A stretch of 63,641 bases of DNA, counting the filler, from Basidiobolus ranarum (Eukaryota): the NCBI GenBank assembly GCA_040143965.1. It is 15 parts of 15 records of this genome, joined end to end, with 100 filler letters (N's around TTAATTAATTAA, not from the genome) between each part and the next. Parts side by side here need not be neighbours in the genome. Positions count along the whole stretch, not along the records: positions 38,293 to 42,439 come from JASJQH010008973.1; positions 42,540 to 46,685 come from JASJQH010008974.1; positions 46,786 to 50,928 come from JASJQH010008975.1; 12 more parts are not named here. One strand, written 5' to 3'. Shown piece by piece: positions 38,293 through 48,914 of this stretch. Numbering within the stretch: the first letter of the stretch is position 1; the number at the start of each line of letters is the position of its first letter. The notes under the pieces were generated by a model. The model was given only the letters and a program-made list of their open reading frames with translations, was not told the DNA's origin and did not search any database. The translations under genes were made by a program, and so were the position numbers.

Positions 38293-39390
38293 GAAAGTTT
38301 AATGGCTCAATTGGCTGGTTACAAGGAGGTGAGTAGTGCCAGGGCGCCAGATTTCAAGATTGCCGAGAAAAATGCTCCTTGTCAGGTTGGTCTTGTGGGA
38401 TTTATGGAACTCAAAACTACGATAGATGGTGAATCAAAAGATATAGAACAAGCAATAGAGTATTGCCGTATTCTTCTTGGGCTTCAACCTTTCCGAGCAT
38501 GTACCTTTTGTGTACTGACAGACCTTCATGCAGTAAAAATATTGCAAGTAACTAGATCACAAGCTTTAATTCACCACGGAAGGTTTATTGAAGAAGGGTT
38601 GCCTCTTCTGTGGTACCTCATGACTACACCAAATACCGATATTTTCAATGAGCTACCAGTCTTTGAATTTCCGAACATCACCTATAACTCTTTGAAGGCC
38701 ATAGGGAAAGGGAAGACGTCCACAGTGTACAAAGTTGAGCTAACTGACTCATTGTTGGGACCCACCGAAAAGTATGGGGTAATCAAGGCCTATTTCGATG
38801 ACTTTACGCATCTAATGGAAGAAGAAAAACAGAACCTTCTAGACCTCGCTGGTTGTGAATCTGGCATACCAAAGCTTATCGCTCAAGGAAGTCCACCTTC
38901 AATTCTGATGATTCCATATTGCCATGATATGAAGAGATTTGAACGCAAGGACTGCGAACAAATAGCCCATATTTTGAAGCATGTTCACTCCAAACATATT
39001 ATCCATCGTGATTTGCATCAAACTAATCTACTTCTTGCTAATAACTCGGTCGTTATAAATGACTGGGGGTTTGCGGCCAAGGTTGGGGTTGTCACTTTAT
39101 ATAAAGGGACGATAAAGACAGCGTCTGATAGAATTCTAACCCTTCTTGCACAAGGAATTCAACATTTCCCATGTTTTCCATCAGACGATCTATGCTCATT
39201 TGTGAAGCTTTTCATATTATATCAAGGCAGTGTCAAGCCTCTCTCTAACAACCCTCAGGAGTGTCTGACCTTTTGGGAACAATTCTGGGCTAATTGTCAA
39301 TCTAGACCGCTTCTCAATGCCATAAAAGCAGCAAACAATTGTGAGTATGAAGAGGTGGCAGCTCATCTGTGTGATTTAATAATGGAATAG
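38293..39390 (+). CDS. Crinkler-type effector C terminus: PD-(D/E)xK restriction-endonuclease-like domain plus protein kinase, 5'-partial
   Basis: RAPDF...FMELK...QAIEY...LTD, then IGKGKTSTVY, VIKAY, IIHRDLHQTNLLL, DWGFA, GTIKTAS, DDLCSF. Intronless; frame open to the contig edge. Confidence 0.78.
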   Translation, partial: ESLMAQLAGYKEVSSARAPDFKIAEKNAPCQVGLVGFMELKTTIDGESKDIEQAIEYCRILLGLQPFRACTFCVLTDLHAVKILQVTRSQALIHHGRFIEEGLPLLWYLMTTPNTDIFNELPVFEFPNITYNSLKAIGKGKTSTVYKVELTDSLLGPTEKYGVIKAYFDDFTHLMEEEKQNLLDLAGCESGIPKLIAQGSPPSILMIPYCHDMKRFERKDCEQIAHILKHVHSKHIIHRDLHQTNLLLANNSVVINDWGFAAKVGVVTLYKGTIKTASDRILTLLAQGIQHFPCFPSDDLCSFVKLFILYQGSVKPLSNNPQECLTFWEQFWANCQSRPLLNAIKAANNCEYEEVAAHLCDLIME

Positions 39391-39898
39391 ATTTAACTTC
39401 TTGTTTCATTGCAGAAGTACAAAATCTACCTTTTTCCGTAAAATGATCTCGATACTTAGTAGTTGGTTATGCCACTCATATTATTTTCATTGTTTATAAG
39501 TAATTGCTGTAAATCCATTTTGGCCTTTGAGTAAGGCAAAATGTAACTTATACAATTCCAAAGTGTTGCTCAATAAATTCATTTGGTCATATATTTTCTA
39601 TATTTGTTTAGTAAATGTTATATTATTACAAAGCATATGAAGTAATAGTATAGAGTAATAATATTGACAAGTGGCAGTATTTCTCCATTAATCCTCACCG
39701 AGTTATCAACTAGACTTTATGTCAAAAAACAAACATCATTCAGCATTTATGTACTTCTAGGTAGAAATAGTGTTTTCATAATAATATATTTAGTGATGAA
39801 CTGGATTCAGGGGAATGAAAAGCACAACTACTTATGCTAGGCTGCTTTCTTGCTAAGAGCATAAAAACTCAGCAATTTGATTTGTCAAACTAGGTTAT

Positions 39899-40206
39899 TG
39901 TTGGATAGGTAATCTTTGTTCAGCATTTAGTTAACTTTCTTTATGATACATCTATCAGAAAAAGAAAGCAACATATCTATAGTCCCTGTATTCTGATTAG
40001 AAGTATCTCTATATCTATATACCCAGTATGTCTTATTACCCATACTTATCTATGATATCTTATTAGGCAAACTCCAGCATATCTCAAAGAATTGATTTTC
40101 TGTTATATAAGTCACCATATTCACTTAGGAATGTAGCAACTAAAATAGTGTCACAAGTTGCTCTAATATTTGAAGTCCACCCTTATTGTGATCAGATCAT
40201 CCAATA
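39899..40206 (+). mobile_element. Solo LTR, family C
   Basis: TGTTGG...CCAATA; flanks GTTAT/ATTAT (decayed TSD). Confidence 0.8.
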
Positions 40207-40480
40207 ATTATGTTTGTTATGGGCAATGAAAAGCACCTGTTGGTATGATCTTTACCCAGTGTTTGGAGATTGTGGCACCATACTTTAATTTCTGGGAATT
40301 TCATATGGAACATGTATATGAGAAAATACAAGTTGGTTATCAACAAAATTCCATTCAGTATAGTCAAGTGGAAAAAGGCAAATTTTGCCTTGCTCATGGG
40401 CTATAATGGGTGCTGGTCAATGTAAAGCATACTGCCATAAACCCATAAACATTGAGTAGGACTTAAGATTATCATCTATT

Positions 40481-40824
40481 TGTTAAATTAGCATTGCCAA
40501 AGCACTATATAGTCATATATAGCTTGGTATTAGTTATCCTATAATACACCATGATATTACTTATCATTCTCAATTGGAATTTACTTGAAATACTTTTACC
40601 AACTTAGAAGTTCTCAGATATATAGGTTTTTCAAACTTGTGCTAGAACCTCAAACTTTGCACACATATTCCTGGGATCTTCCTTAACACATCCCACATGT
40701 TGGTTTGCTTACATCTTGACAAAAGGATAAGTGTTTGCTTTCTACTCAGTAAATCAATAAGTGAGAACCACCAATTTCACTAATTTTCCAAATCACTTCC
40801 AACAAGCTCCCAAATAATTTAACA
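40481..40824 (+). mobile_element. LTR, family A
   Basis: TGTTAAATTAGCATTGCC...TTTAACA; homologous to 57553-57900. Confidence 0.82.
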
Positions 40825-41494
40825 ATGGAGAACCCATAATAATCCTATGCCAGTTAGGGGACTATATACTTATTCATTCTTGCTTGCTGATGAAAGAAAA
40901 GAACCAGGAGATAAGTAAGAGCTTATTACTATATTGCAAGATTTCATTCAGTAGATATCTAGTGAAAGAAGATATACATCCCAAAGCATGAATTTGTATT
41001 TTGACATAGATATTAACAAAATCACAACTTTATACATTTGGGAGGCTCATGTAGCAGAAGATACAATAGATGATATAGATGTATAAAATATGCTAAATTC
41101 ATAAAAGTAATTAAGAGCAAAAGGCATCACCAAATCAGATGCATGAATTGAACAAAAGGTCAATAAAGATTCTCTATTGAGATATCTTTTCTTCTGCCCT
41201 GAGATAGTAGGTTGCAGAGAAAGTATGGAGATGATTTTATATGAATACACTCTTACAGAGACACATGAGGATGGATGTTGCCCCCAAGGAAGGACAAGCT
41301 GAAGACCTAAACAAACATAATCAAGGTCAGGATTTAACTTCATACATGGCCTATAGGGGGAAGAAAAGATCAGATATGACATCAAATTGCTCAGGATACT
41401 CATATGGCTGAACAAATCAATGTGTGGTATGCAGGGGAAGATATTGCAAAAAGCACTTGTGTAAAAGACTTTGTACAAATACAAAGAAAGAATT

Positions 41495-41747
41495 TGTTGG
41501 TGGATCTAGTCATAATGGGGGTATGGCGACCTTTATAGCAAAGAAGTAAATCAGTTATCTGAGATATTAAGAAGTTTGTGTAATTAAATTTAATAGATAA
41601 GTGGGGGTAATAAGACACATTGGTTATATAGATATATAGATATTCCTAATTAGAATATAGGGATATAGATACACTGCTCTCTGTTTCTGATATATATATC
41701 ATAATTAGTGTTGATTAAGATGCAAAATAAATATTACTTGTTCAACA
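41495..41747 (-). mobile_element. Solo LTR, family C, internally deleted
   Basis: TGTTGG...TCAACA; flanks GAATT/GATTT. Confidence 0.75.
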
Positions 41748-42108
41748 GATTTAGATTGTGCAATAGTTCAGCATTGTTACCTTAGAAGAAAATTATGATC
41801 CCACATGAAAGAAAATTCCAAAATTATTGTAAAATACATCCAAGGAGATGTGATTAGTGCTTATACAGCTTTGATTGCATAATTGCTGCATAGTTGATAT
41901 TTGTAACCTGTGTAAGGGCTTTGTAACTTTAATAGTTGATTTTAAATAGGATATCACTGGGTTCTACAATGGATTCCCTCACCATTATGATATTAATTGG
42001 CTATGAAAGGAGGATCATTTCTTGACAGTGTGAGTATACTGCCTGACTCCTCAACTATTGAAATGGAACTGCTGACAATGTGGAGACAACAAGTGTGATT
42101 TTTAGATA

Positions 42109-42314
42109 AGGTTTAAAAAATTTTAATTTCGTAATAAATTTAAAAATAATTTCGTAAAGTTCGAATTAAGATCTAAAAATAAAATTTCAAAAGATTTAAA
42201 AAATAATTTCGTAAAGTTTGGAAAAAGGTTTGAAAATTTTAATTTCGCAATAAATTTAAAAATAATTTCGTAAAGTTCGAATTAAGATCTAAAAATAAAA
42301 TTTCAAAAGATTTA
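42109..42314. repeat. AT-rich direct repeat, about 90-bp block x2 with period about 117 bp
   Basis: AATTTCG(T/C)AATAAATTTAAAAATAATTTCGTAAAGTTCGAATTAAGATCTAAAAATAAAATTTCAAAAGATTTA occurs twice. Confidence 0.85.
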
Positions 42315-42539
42315 TTTATTTAGTTATCGACGTAATACAAAACAAAAGTTGTAATATCCAACTTGAAATCTTTTTTAGGAACTGGCTCTCGAAAAACGTA
42401 TCTATCAACGGCAACGTTTTTTAGTTTATTTTTCATAAGNNNNNNNNNNNNNNNNNNNNNNNNNNNNNNNNNNNNNNNNNNNNTTAATTAATTAANNNNN
42501 NNNNNNNNNNNNNNNNNNNNNNNNNNNNNNNNNNNNNNN

Positions 42540-43419
42540 AGCCCCCAACACCCCAACTCTTGACCTTGCCACAGTATATTCTATATTGAGTATATTATGT
42601 TTCACCTTGCAATATCTATATAAGCCCCATGTATTCCTTGATCAGACCTCTGTCTGATCAATGCCAGTTTTCAATAAAGATTCTTGCCAGAGTATCTTCC
42701 TTGTCCAGTCTTGTCTTGTCTTGTGGTCTACACCCTAGTACTCTCCTGCCTTCTAGCCTCTTGTCATTGTTTCCAGTACTTGTCTAGTTCCTTACTGTGA
42801 CACTTAGGAAAGAAGGGTAATAAGAGGGAAGCCCACCTTGGGCGTTTCAAGGTTAAAGAACAGGGATGGAAAGAAGTCTACAGGCAAGTGTAAGTAGTCT
42901 GATCAAACTGTCACAATAAGGAATTAGACAAGGACTACAAACAATGACAGGAGGCTAGAAGACAGGAGAGTACTTGGGTGTAGACCACAAGAAACACAAG
43001 ACTGGACAGAGAAGATACTTTGGCAAGAATCTTTATTGATAACTGGCATTGATCAGGCCAAGGTCTGATGAAGGAAGATATGGAGCTTATATGGATATTG
43101 CAAGGTGAAACATAATATACTGAATAGGGAATATACTGTGGCAGGTTCAAATGTTGGGGCGTTGGGGGCCACAAGGACCAATATAAAGAGGTATGATGTA
43201 AGGATGATGTAAACATGATCAGGTGACCTTCCATGGCAAGTCTTGGTGGAAATACACTTTGTGTGGGATGATATAATTGGTTAGGCTTCATGTAATGTTC
43301 CAAAGAACATGACTTCTATATAAGATAACCTGGATGAACTAGCACAAGATTGCTGAGAAAGGATGGCTAGCAGATATCATGTCATAATCTGATAATAGAA
43401 GAGTTCTTTTTGCAATACA
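42540..43419. mobile_element. Two copies of a gypsy-like LTR (family G) tail to tail, forming a long imperfect inverted repeat
   Basis: 42540-42802 ends TGTGACA; the inverted copy starts TGTCACA at 42909. Both contain TATA and AATAAA. The right boundary is approximate. Confidence 0.75.
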
Positions 43420-43439
43420 TGAGTATGCCAAGATTGGAA

Positions 43440-44510
43440 TCATGATAACTAGTCTAGCCTTGAACCTTTCTATATGGCCATCAGAGTTGTATTTAACTTT
43501 GAACACTCATTGGCAGCCAAATAATTTTTTATCATCAGATAAGTTAGTTGAAGTTCAAGTTTGATTATCAATCAAAGCCTGGTACTCATCAGCCATTGTG
43601 GATCTCCAAAATTCTGTGTGAGGGCCATTCAGGGCCTCTTTTAGAGTATGGGGTGCATGTATTTGAGCTGTGTTGGCTTAAGCCTAATTTTGGGACCCAT
43701 TGATATAGTGATTGGGACTATTTCTGATCTAATTTGATTTCCTGGTTTGGCTGAAAGGTACTACACCTTCTGGCATTTTATTGGGAACTTCAGTAGGCAA
43801 AATGTTGGTTGAGGGGTCCACAGGAATGCTATTTTCTTCATTTGTTTTAGTTTTAATCAATATGAATGCTTGGATCAGGACAAAATTGATTTTTGTCATC
43901 ATCTGAAGTCATTTTTGATCAAGGTTTTCATTTTCATTAAAAAAGCCTGCCTGGACTTGTTCAACTTTGAAGTTCTGGTAGCTTAGAGTCTGTAGGCCTT
44001 AGTTGGAGTAAAACAACTCAGATATATGCATTTCTTACTTTTTGGATCAAACTTAGACCAATGTCTGGTCATATTTTGGAATAATTAATGCATCTAAAGA
44101 TCCTCAAATATTGTACATCAGGTCTAACCCCAAACCAAGCTTGATATGGTGTAGAGTAAGACAGACTTCTAGTAAAACTCCTATTCTTCAGATATTCAGC
44201 TTTAGCAACAGATTCCACCCAAAAGTTATGAGATACATTTTGTGCATTTATCATAGATCTTGCCATTTCTATTATGGTCTTGTTGGCTCTTTCAGCAACT
44301 CTGCTTTTTTAGTTGAATCGGGGCAGTAGTTTCTTGCTTAATTCCATGAACTCTGCAAAAAGGCTTAAATAGCATTGAAGTATATTCTCTACCATTATCA
44401 GTGCATATTTTCTTGATTTGGGTTCCAGTTTCGGTCTCAACCAGTGTTGTAAAATCTTGAAGATAGAGAGAGCTTCTTTTTTTCTTTCCATAAAGTAGAC
44501 CCAAGTGTAT
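43440..44510 (-). pseudogene. Ty1/copia integrase-RT relic
   Basis: TDNGREY, MARSMI...FWVESV...YLKNR, TPYQAWFG, GCQ*VFKVKYNSDGHIERFKARLV. Confidence 0.9.
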
Positions 44511-44518
44511 TGTATATA

Positions 44519-45235
44519 TATTGGGAAATATGGGCTGTTTGTAGGAACTTTAGAATAGTGGGGTTGTTAATAGCTTTGTGAGCTAATTATTTGTTGTCAT
44601 GAAATGAAGTATTTATACATTTTGGTGGAAATACAGAAACCCAACACTGTGGTGGAGTTTAGAACATCTGTGGGAGCAAAATGAGCTAATTTTGGTGCAA
44701 TTTGGATGAGTTTGAAATTTCCAATATGGAATTGTTCTCACATTTTTCACATATATATTAATATATGTACCAATTTGCAGTTAAGTGATATTTGACTAAG
44801 TACTGTTAACTAACTTATATGTGATATGTATGAAATAGTTAGGTGTATCAAGATAGAGATAACAAATATAATAAAGACAATAAACTTCAACACTCCCACT
44901 CAACTAAAAATTCATATATCTTAATCCTAACTTAAATCTTAATTCTTCAAATTTTGGCTTGGGTAATGGTTTGGTCAGGATGTCAGCAATCATGTCTTCA
45001 GTTGGATAGTACACTAATTGGATGTGCTTATTCTCAATAGCTTTCCTTGACAAAGTGATGTTGAACGTCAATGTGCTTACGTCTAGCATGAAATTTGGGA
45101 TTTTTAGCTATAGGAATACAACTTTGATTATCCTTGAAAATTATGGTGGGTGAACTTCAAAAAATGCCTAAGTCTTTTAACAGTTTCCTTAATCACATAG
45201 CCTCCTTTGTTTTATGTGATGCTGCCATGTACCCC
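44519..45235 (-). mobile_element. Copia family B 3' end: RNase H, PPT and 3' LTR (44519-44892)
   Basis: DMIADILTKPLPKPKFEELR; PPT AGTTGAGTGGGAG abuts TGTTGAAG. Confidence 0.9.
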
Positions 45236-46685
45236 AATTAATTTTGAATCATCAGGTAACTTAACCATGGGCCAAGTTTGGATATCTATGAGTGACTGAT
45301 ACTTCTCTGCCATTGCCGTGCTCCAAAACTTTGTGTTGGGACTCTTCACAGCCTCCTGTATTGATTTGGGTTCATCAGAAAAGGCTAAATTTGTTGAAGT
45401 TTATTGTCTTTATCATATTTGTTATCTCTATCTTTATACATCTAACTATTTGATATATCACATATAAGTTTGTAAACATTACTTAGTCAAGTGTCACTTA
45501 GCTGAAAATTGGAACATATATTATATATATATGTGAATAATGTGAGAATTGGCAATTCCATGTTGGAAATTTCAAACTCATCCAAACTGCCCCAAAGATA
45601 GCTCATTTTACTCTCACAGATGTTCTGTACACAACCCCAGTGTTAGTTTTCAGTATTTCCATCAAAAGTATAAACGCTTTATTTGTGGACAATAAATAAT
45701 AATCTCACAAAGCTATTCACAACTCCACTTTTCTAAAGTTCCTCCTAACAGCCCATATTTTCCCAATAAAATTAGCACTAGGCTCCTTTTGGCTAGTGTG
45801 AGAGTAGTAATCAGGTGGAGATCTCATCCCATTGGAGCTGTTACAATGGGATATTGGTACTACAACTTCTGTTATCAATTTAGGCCATGAAACCACCTCA
45901 GGATTGGTTGATGAGACTACAGGTGAGGAATTTTCAATGGCTTTCGCACTGATCAGGAAGTGGTGAGAGAAAGAAGAATTTTCATCAATTTTTGGTTGTT
46001 TTTCTTGATCCTGGATTGCTTTGATTGAAAATTTTTCTTCTTCAGCAAACTCCACATCCCTTGACTTGATTAGCTTCTTATTTTTGCATCACATTATCCT
46101 AAAAAAAGACATTTTGGGTTTTCTTGGTCTTATTTTGAGCTCTTCTGGTCTGGAATGATTGCATATTTGGTACTTCCAAATACACTGAGATCAGCAACAT
46201 GAAGTTTACTTCTAAGCCAAGCTTGATAAGGTGTCATAGCCAATAGAGACCTAGAAGGGCATCTATTACTAATACATACTGCAGTGGCAACCAATTCAGC
46301 CAGAACTGTTTTGGTAAATCTGGATCATGAAGCATTGATCTTCCCTTTTTCATTATTGCTCAATTTGCACATTTTGCTACTCCATTCTGCTGTGGAGAAT
46401 ATGGCACTGTAGTTGGCTGTTTTATCCCATGTGTTGAGCAGAAGTTAGAGAAGAGTTTTGAGGTATATTCCTCTCCATTATCAGTACACATAATCTTGAA
46501 ACCTGTTTCAGTCTCCACCATAGCTTTGAATTTCTTGAAGGTATCAAAGGCTTTATTTTTATAGGCCAGAAAGTACACCCTTGTATGCTTTGTCTTATCT
46601 TCAATAGAGGGCATCAAATACTTTTTTCCACCTAAGAATTTTGTCTGCATTGAGCCACACAGATTTGAGTGTATCAGGCCCAATT
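45236..46685 (-). pseudogene. Ty1/copia integrase to RT relic interrupted by a solo LTR
   Basis: LIHSNLCG, TDNGEEY, YSPQQNGVA. Excising the LTR restores EPSANLAFSDEPKSIQEAVKS. Confidence 0.9.
45392..45768 (+). mobile_element. Solo LTR, family B, TSD AAATT
   Basis: TGTTGAAG...CCCAATA flanked by AAATT at 45387-45391 and 45769-45773. Confidence 0.92.
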
Positions 46686-46785
46686 NNNNNNNNNNNNNNN
46701 NNNNNNNNNNNNNNNNNNNNNNNNNNNNNTTAATTAATTAANNNNNNNNNNNNNNNNNNNNNNNNNNNNNNNNNNNNNNNNNNNN

Positions 46786-47919
46786 AAGCCAGGCACTACT
46801 CTCAAGGTTTTAGAATTATATCATGAAGCTTTCCTGGGTTTTTAAAACAAAGGCAATAGGGCTAGTATTGGCCTAATCATGGCACATCTCAAAAATGTAT
46901 GCAATTTTTGACTTGGAAAAGAAAGAAAAGCAGCTAAAGAAGTACCCAAAGAGCAGGAAGTTAGTAAACCCAAGGGAAAAGACAAGGAGCCAGCAATTCT
47001 GGCTCTATTGTCTAACTTGCCAACTACCTCACACTATTACAAAGATCTGTATATTTAGAGTCACATATACTGGCAAAAGCTTAATTTTACAATGGAACCA
47101 TGTACACCAGCTGGAAAAGTGCTAAACTCCAAAGTTTATCCAACATCTGACACCTTACAGCAAGTCAATACACAACCAAATAGAACTCATGGCTCTCCAA
47201 TATTAACTGGAACTTTTCTAAGTGTTGAAATTAGCCCCAAACTCAAAGGCAAGGAAAAAGTGGCACAAATACCACAAAGCACCCTCAGTAGTATCACACT
47301 ACTTAGATGTATAAGAATAGTAAAAGTGCTCAAGGATTATTTTCAAAAAGTCAGAATGGAAAAATGCAGTGCAAGTATGCCAAAAGTGGCTTCAGAAGAA
47401 GAACATTCAACTTGATGCTCAGTCTGGCATTGACAGTGTAGATATTTGGGAAGAACTTAATACAGAATGGCACAATATTGCAGGGTATCTGCCAGATAGC
47501 TGGAAGAATGTTGATTCAGCTACAGTAATACAATGGTGGGCTTTGATGGGAATATTGAAACAAACTTGTGTTGGATATGAGCTAAACCTTGGGTATGACA
47601 AACTCTATAAGGTTTTTCAGGAGAATATAGGGAAGAAATTAGGGATTTGGAAGGTGCCAAATTAGCATTCACATGATAAATGTGTAAAATTTGAGTTACA
47701 TTTTTTGTGTATGTGTTGATCCGTAGTTCTCTGAGATTACAGCCAATCATGTGCAACTATTTTGCAAGATCTTGAAATTTCACTTCTAAAACTGAAAAAA
47801 ATGATTAAAATTAAATCTGATGTGACAATTTTCTGATGGTGAGTAAACTGTCAATCCAAAATGTATTAAAGTTGTGATTGTTTTGCTACAATAAAAATCA
47901 TGAAATTTCTTTTAGGGTG
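46786..47919 (+). mobile_element. Second copy of repeat family F with a better-preserved ORF
   Basis: Matches 9030-10100. Frameshifted ORFs 47092-47415 and 47369-47665; ends TTAGGGTG. Confidence 0.75.
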
Positions 47920-48914
47920 GAATTCAAAGAAGCAACTGACCTTGGCCCTTTCGGAAGCCAAAGTAGAACATATGGCTGCCTGTGACGTGATAAAAGAATC
48001 AATATGATTAAGAGAAATTTTAAAGTATTTTAGCTGCTCTCATAACTACCAACCACAATATTTATAGATAGTCAAAGTTGTTTCAAATTATTTACAATGC
48101 CATTTTCATTCTTGAAGCAATCTTATAGATTTAAGATATCATTCTTATTAGAGAGACTTTAGAGAAAATGTTGATTGACTAAATATATTTTTTCACTGCA
48201 GACATGATTGCAGATGTGATAACCAAGCCATTAGCTAGACAGAAATTTGAGAAATTTAGACCTCTCTTGTGATGAGCTTATATGACTCTTCAGTTGAGGC
48301 AGAGTATTGCCTATATAACCATATAGTTATATATACCATAGTATTGAGTTATCTTATATTTCACTAAGATATCACCCAGTATTCTCAAATTGGATTTACT
48401 TAGAATGCTTTTATCATTATCAAAAATGTTGGATATATAAAGTTTTTAAACTTATGCTAGAATTCAATATGACCTTTCTAAAATGATAATTCTTTAAATC
48501 AAAGATGAAAGCAGGAGAGTACATCAAATTGGTAATTAACAGGGTATCTATTTTAATATATGAAATGAGATGTACTGGAGTACCTGCTACTGATAAGAAT
48601 ATCACAGTTTTAGTCCTGAATAGCCTGCCACACAGGCTCAGTAAGATCTTACCAATTATTCTCAATTGCAATGTACTTGGAATATTTTATCAATTTAGAA
48701 GTTCTTAGATATATGAATCTTTAAAACTGTGCTAGAAGCCTCAAACTTTGCAAACAAGGTCTTAGGACCTTTTTAATACACTCTTCAAGTTAGTTGGCTT
48801 AAAACTAGACATATGTATAACTCTCTCCTTCCACTGCATCAGTCATTCAGTGAAAGCCACTAATTTGTTAATTCTCTAAACCACTTCAAACAGGCTCCCA
48901 GATATTTTAAAACA
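47920..48914 (+). mobile_element. Decayed copia RNase H, PPT and LTR-A pieces with an embedded gag fragment
   Basis: NSKKQLTLALS...ADVITKPLAR; AGTTGAGGCAGAG; LTR-A similarity at 48305-48416 and 48641-48914; gag-like KMKAGE...VLNSLP between them. Confidence 0.75.
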
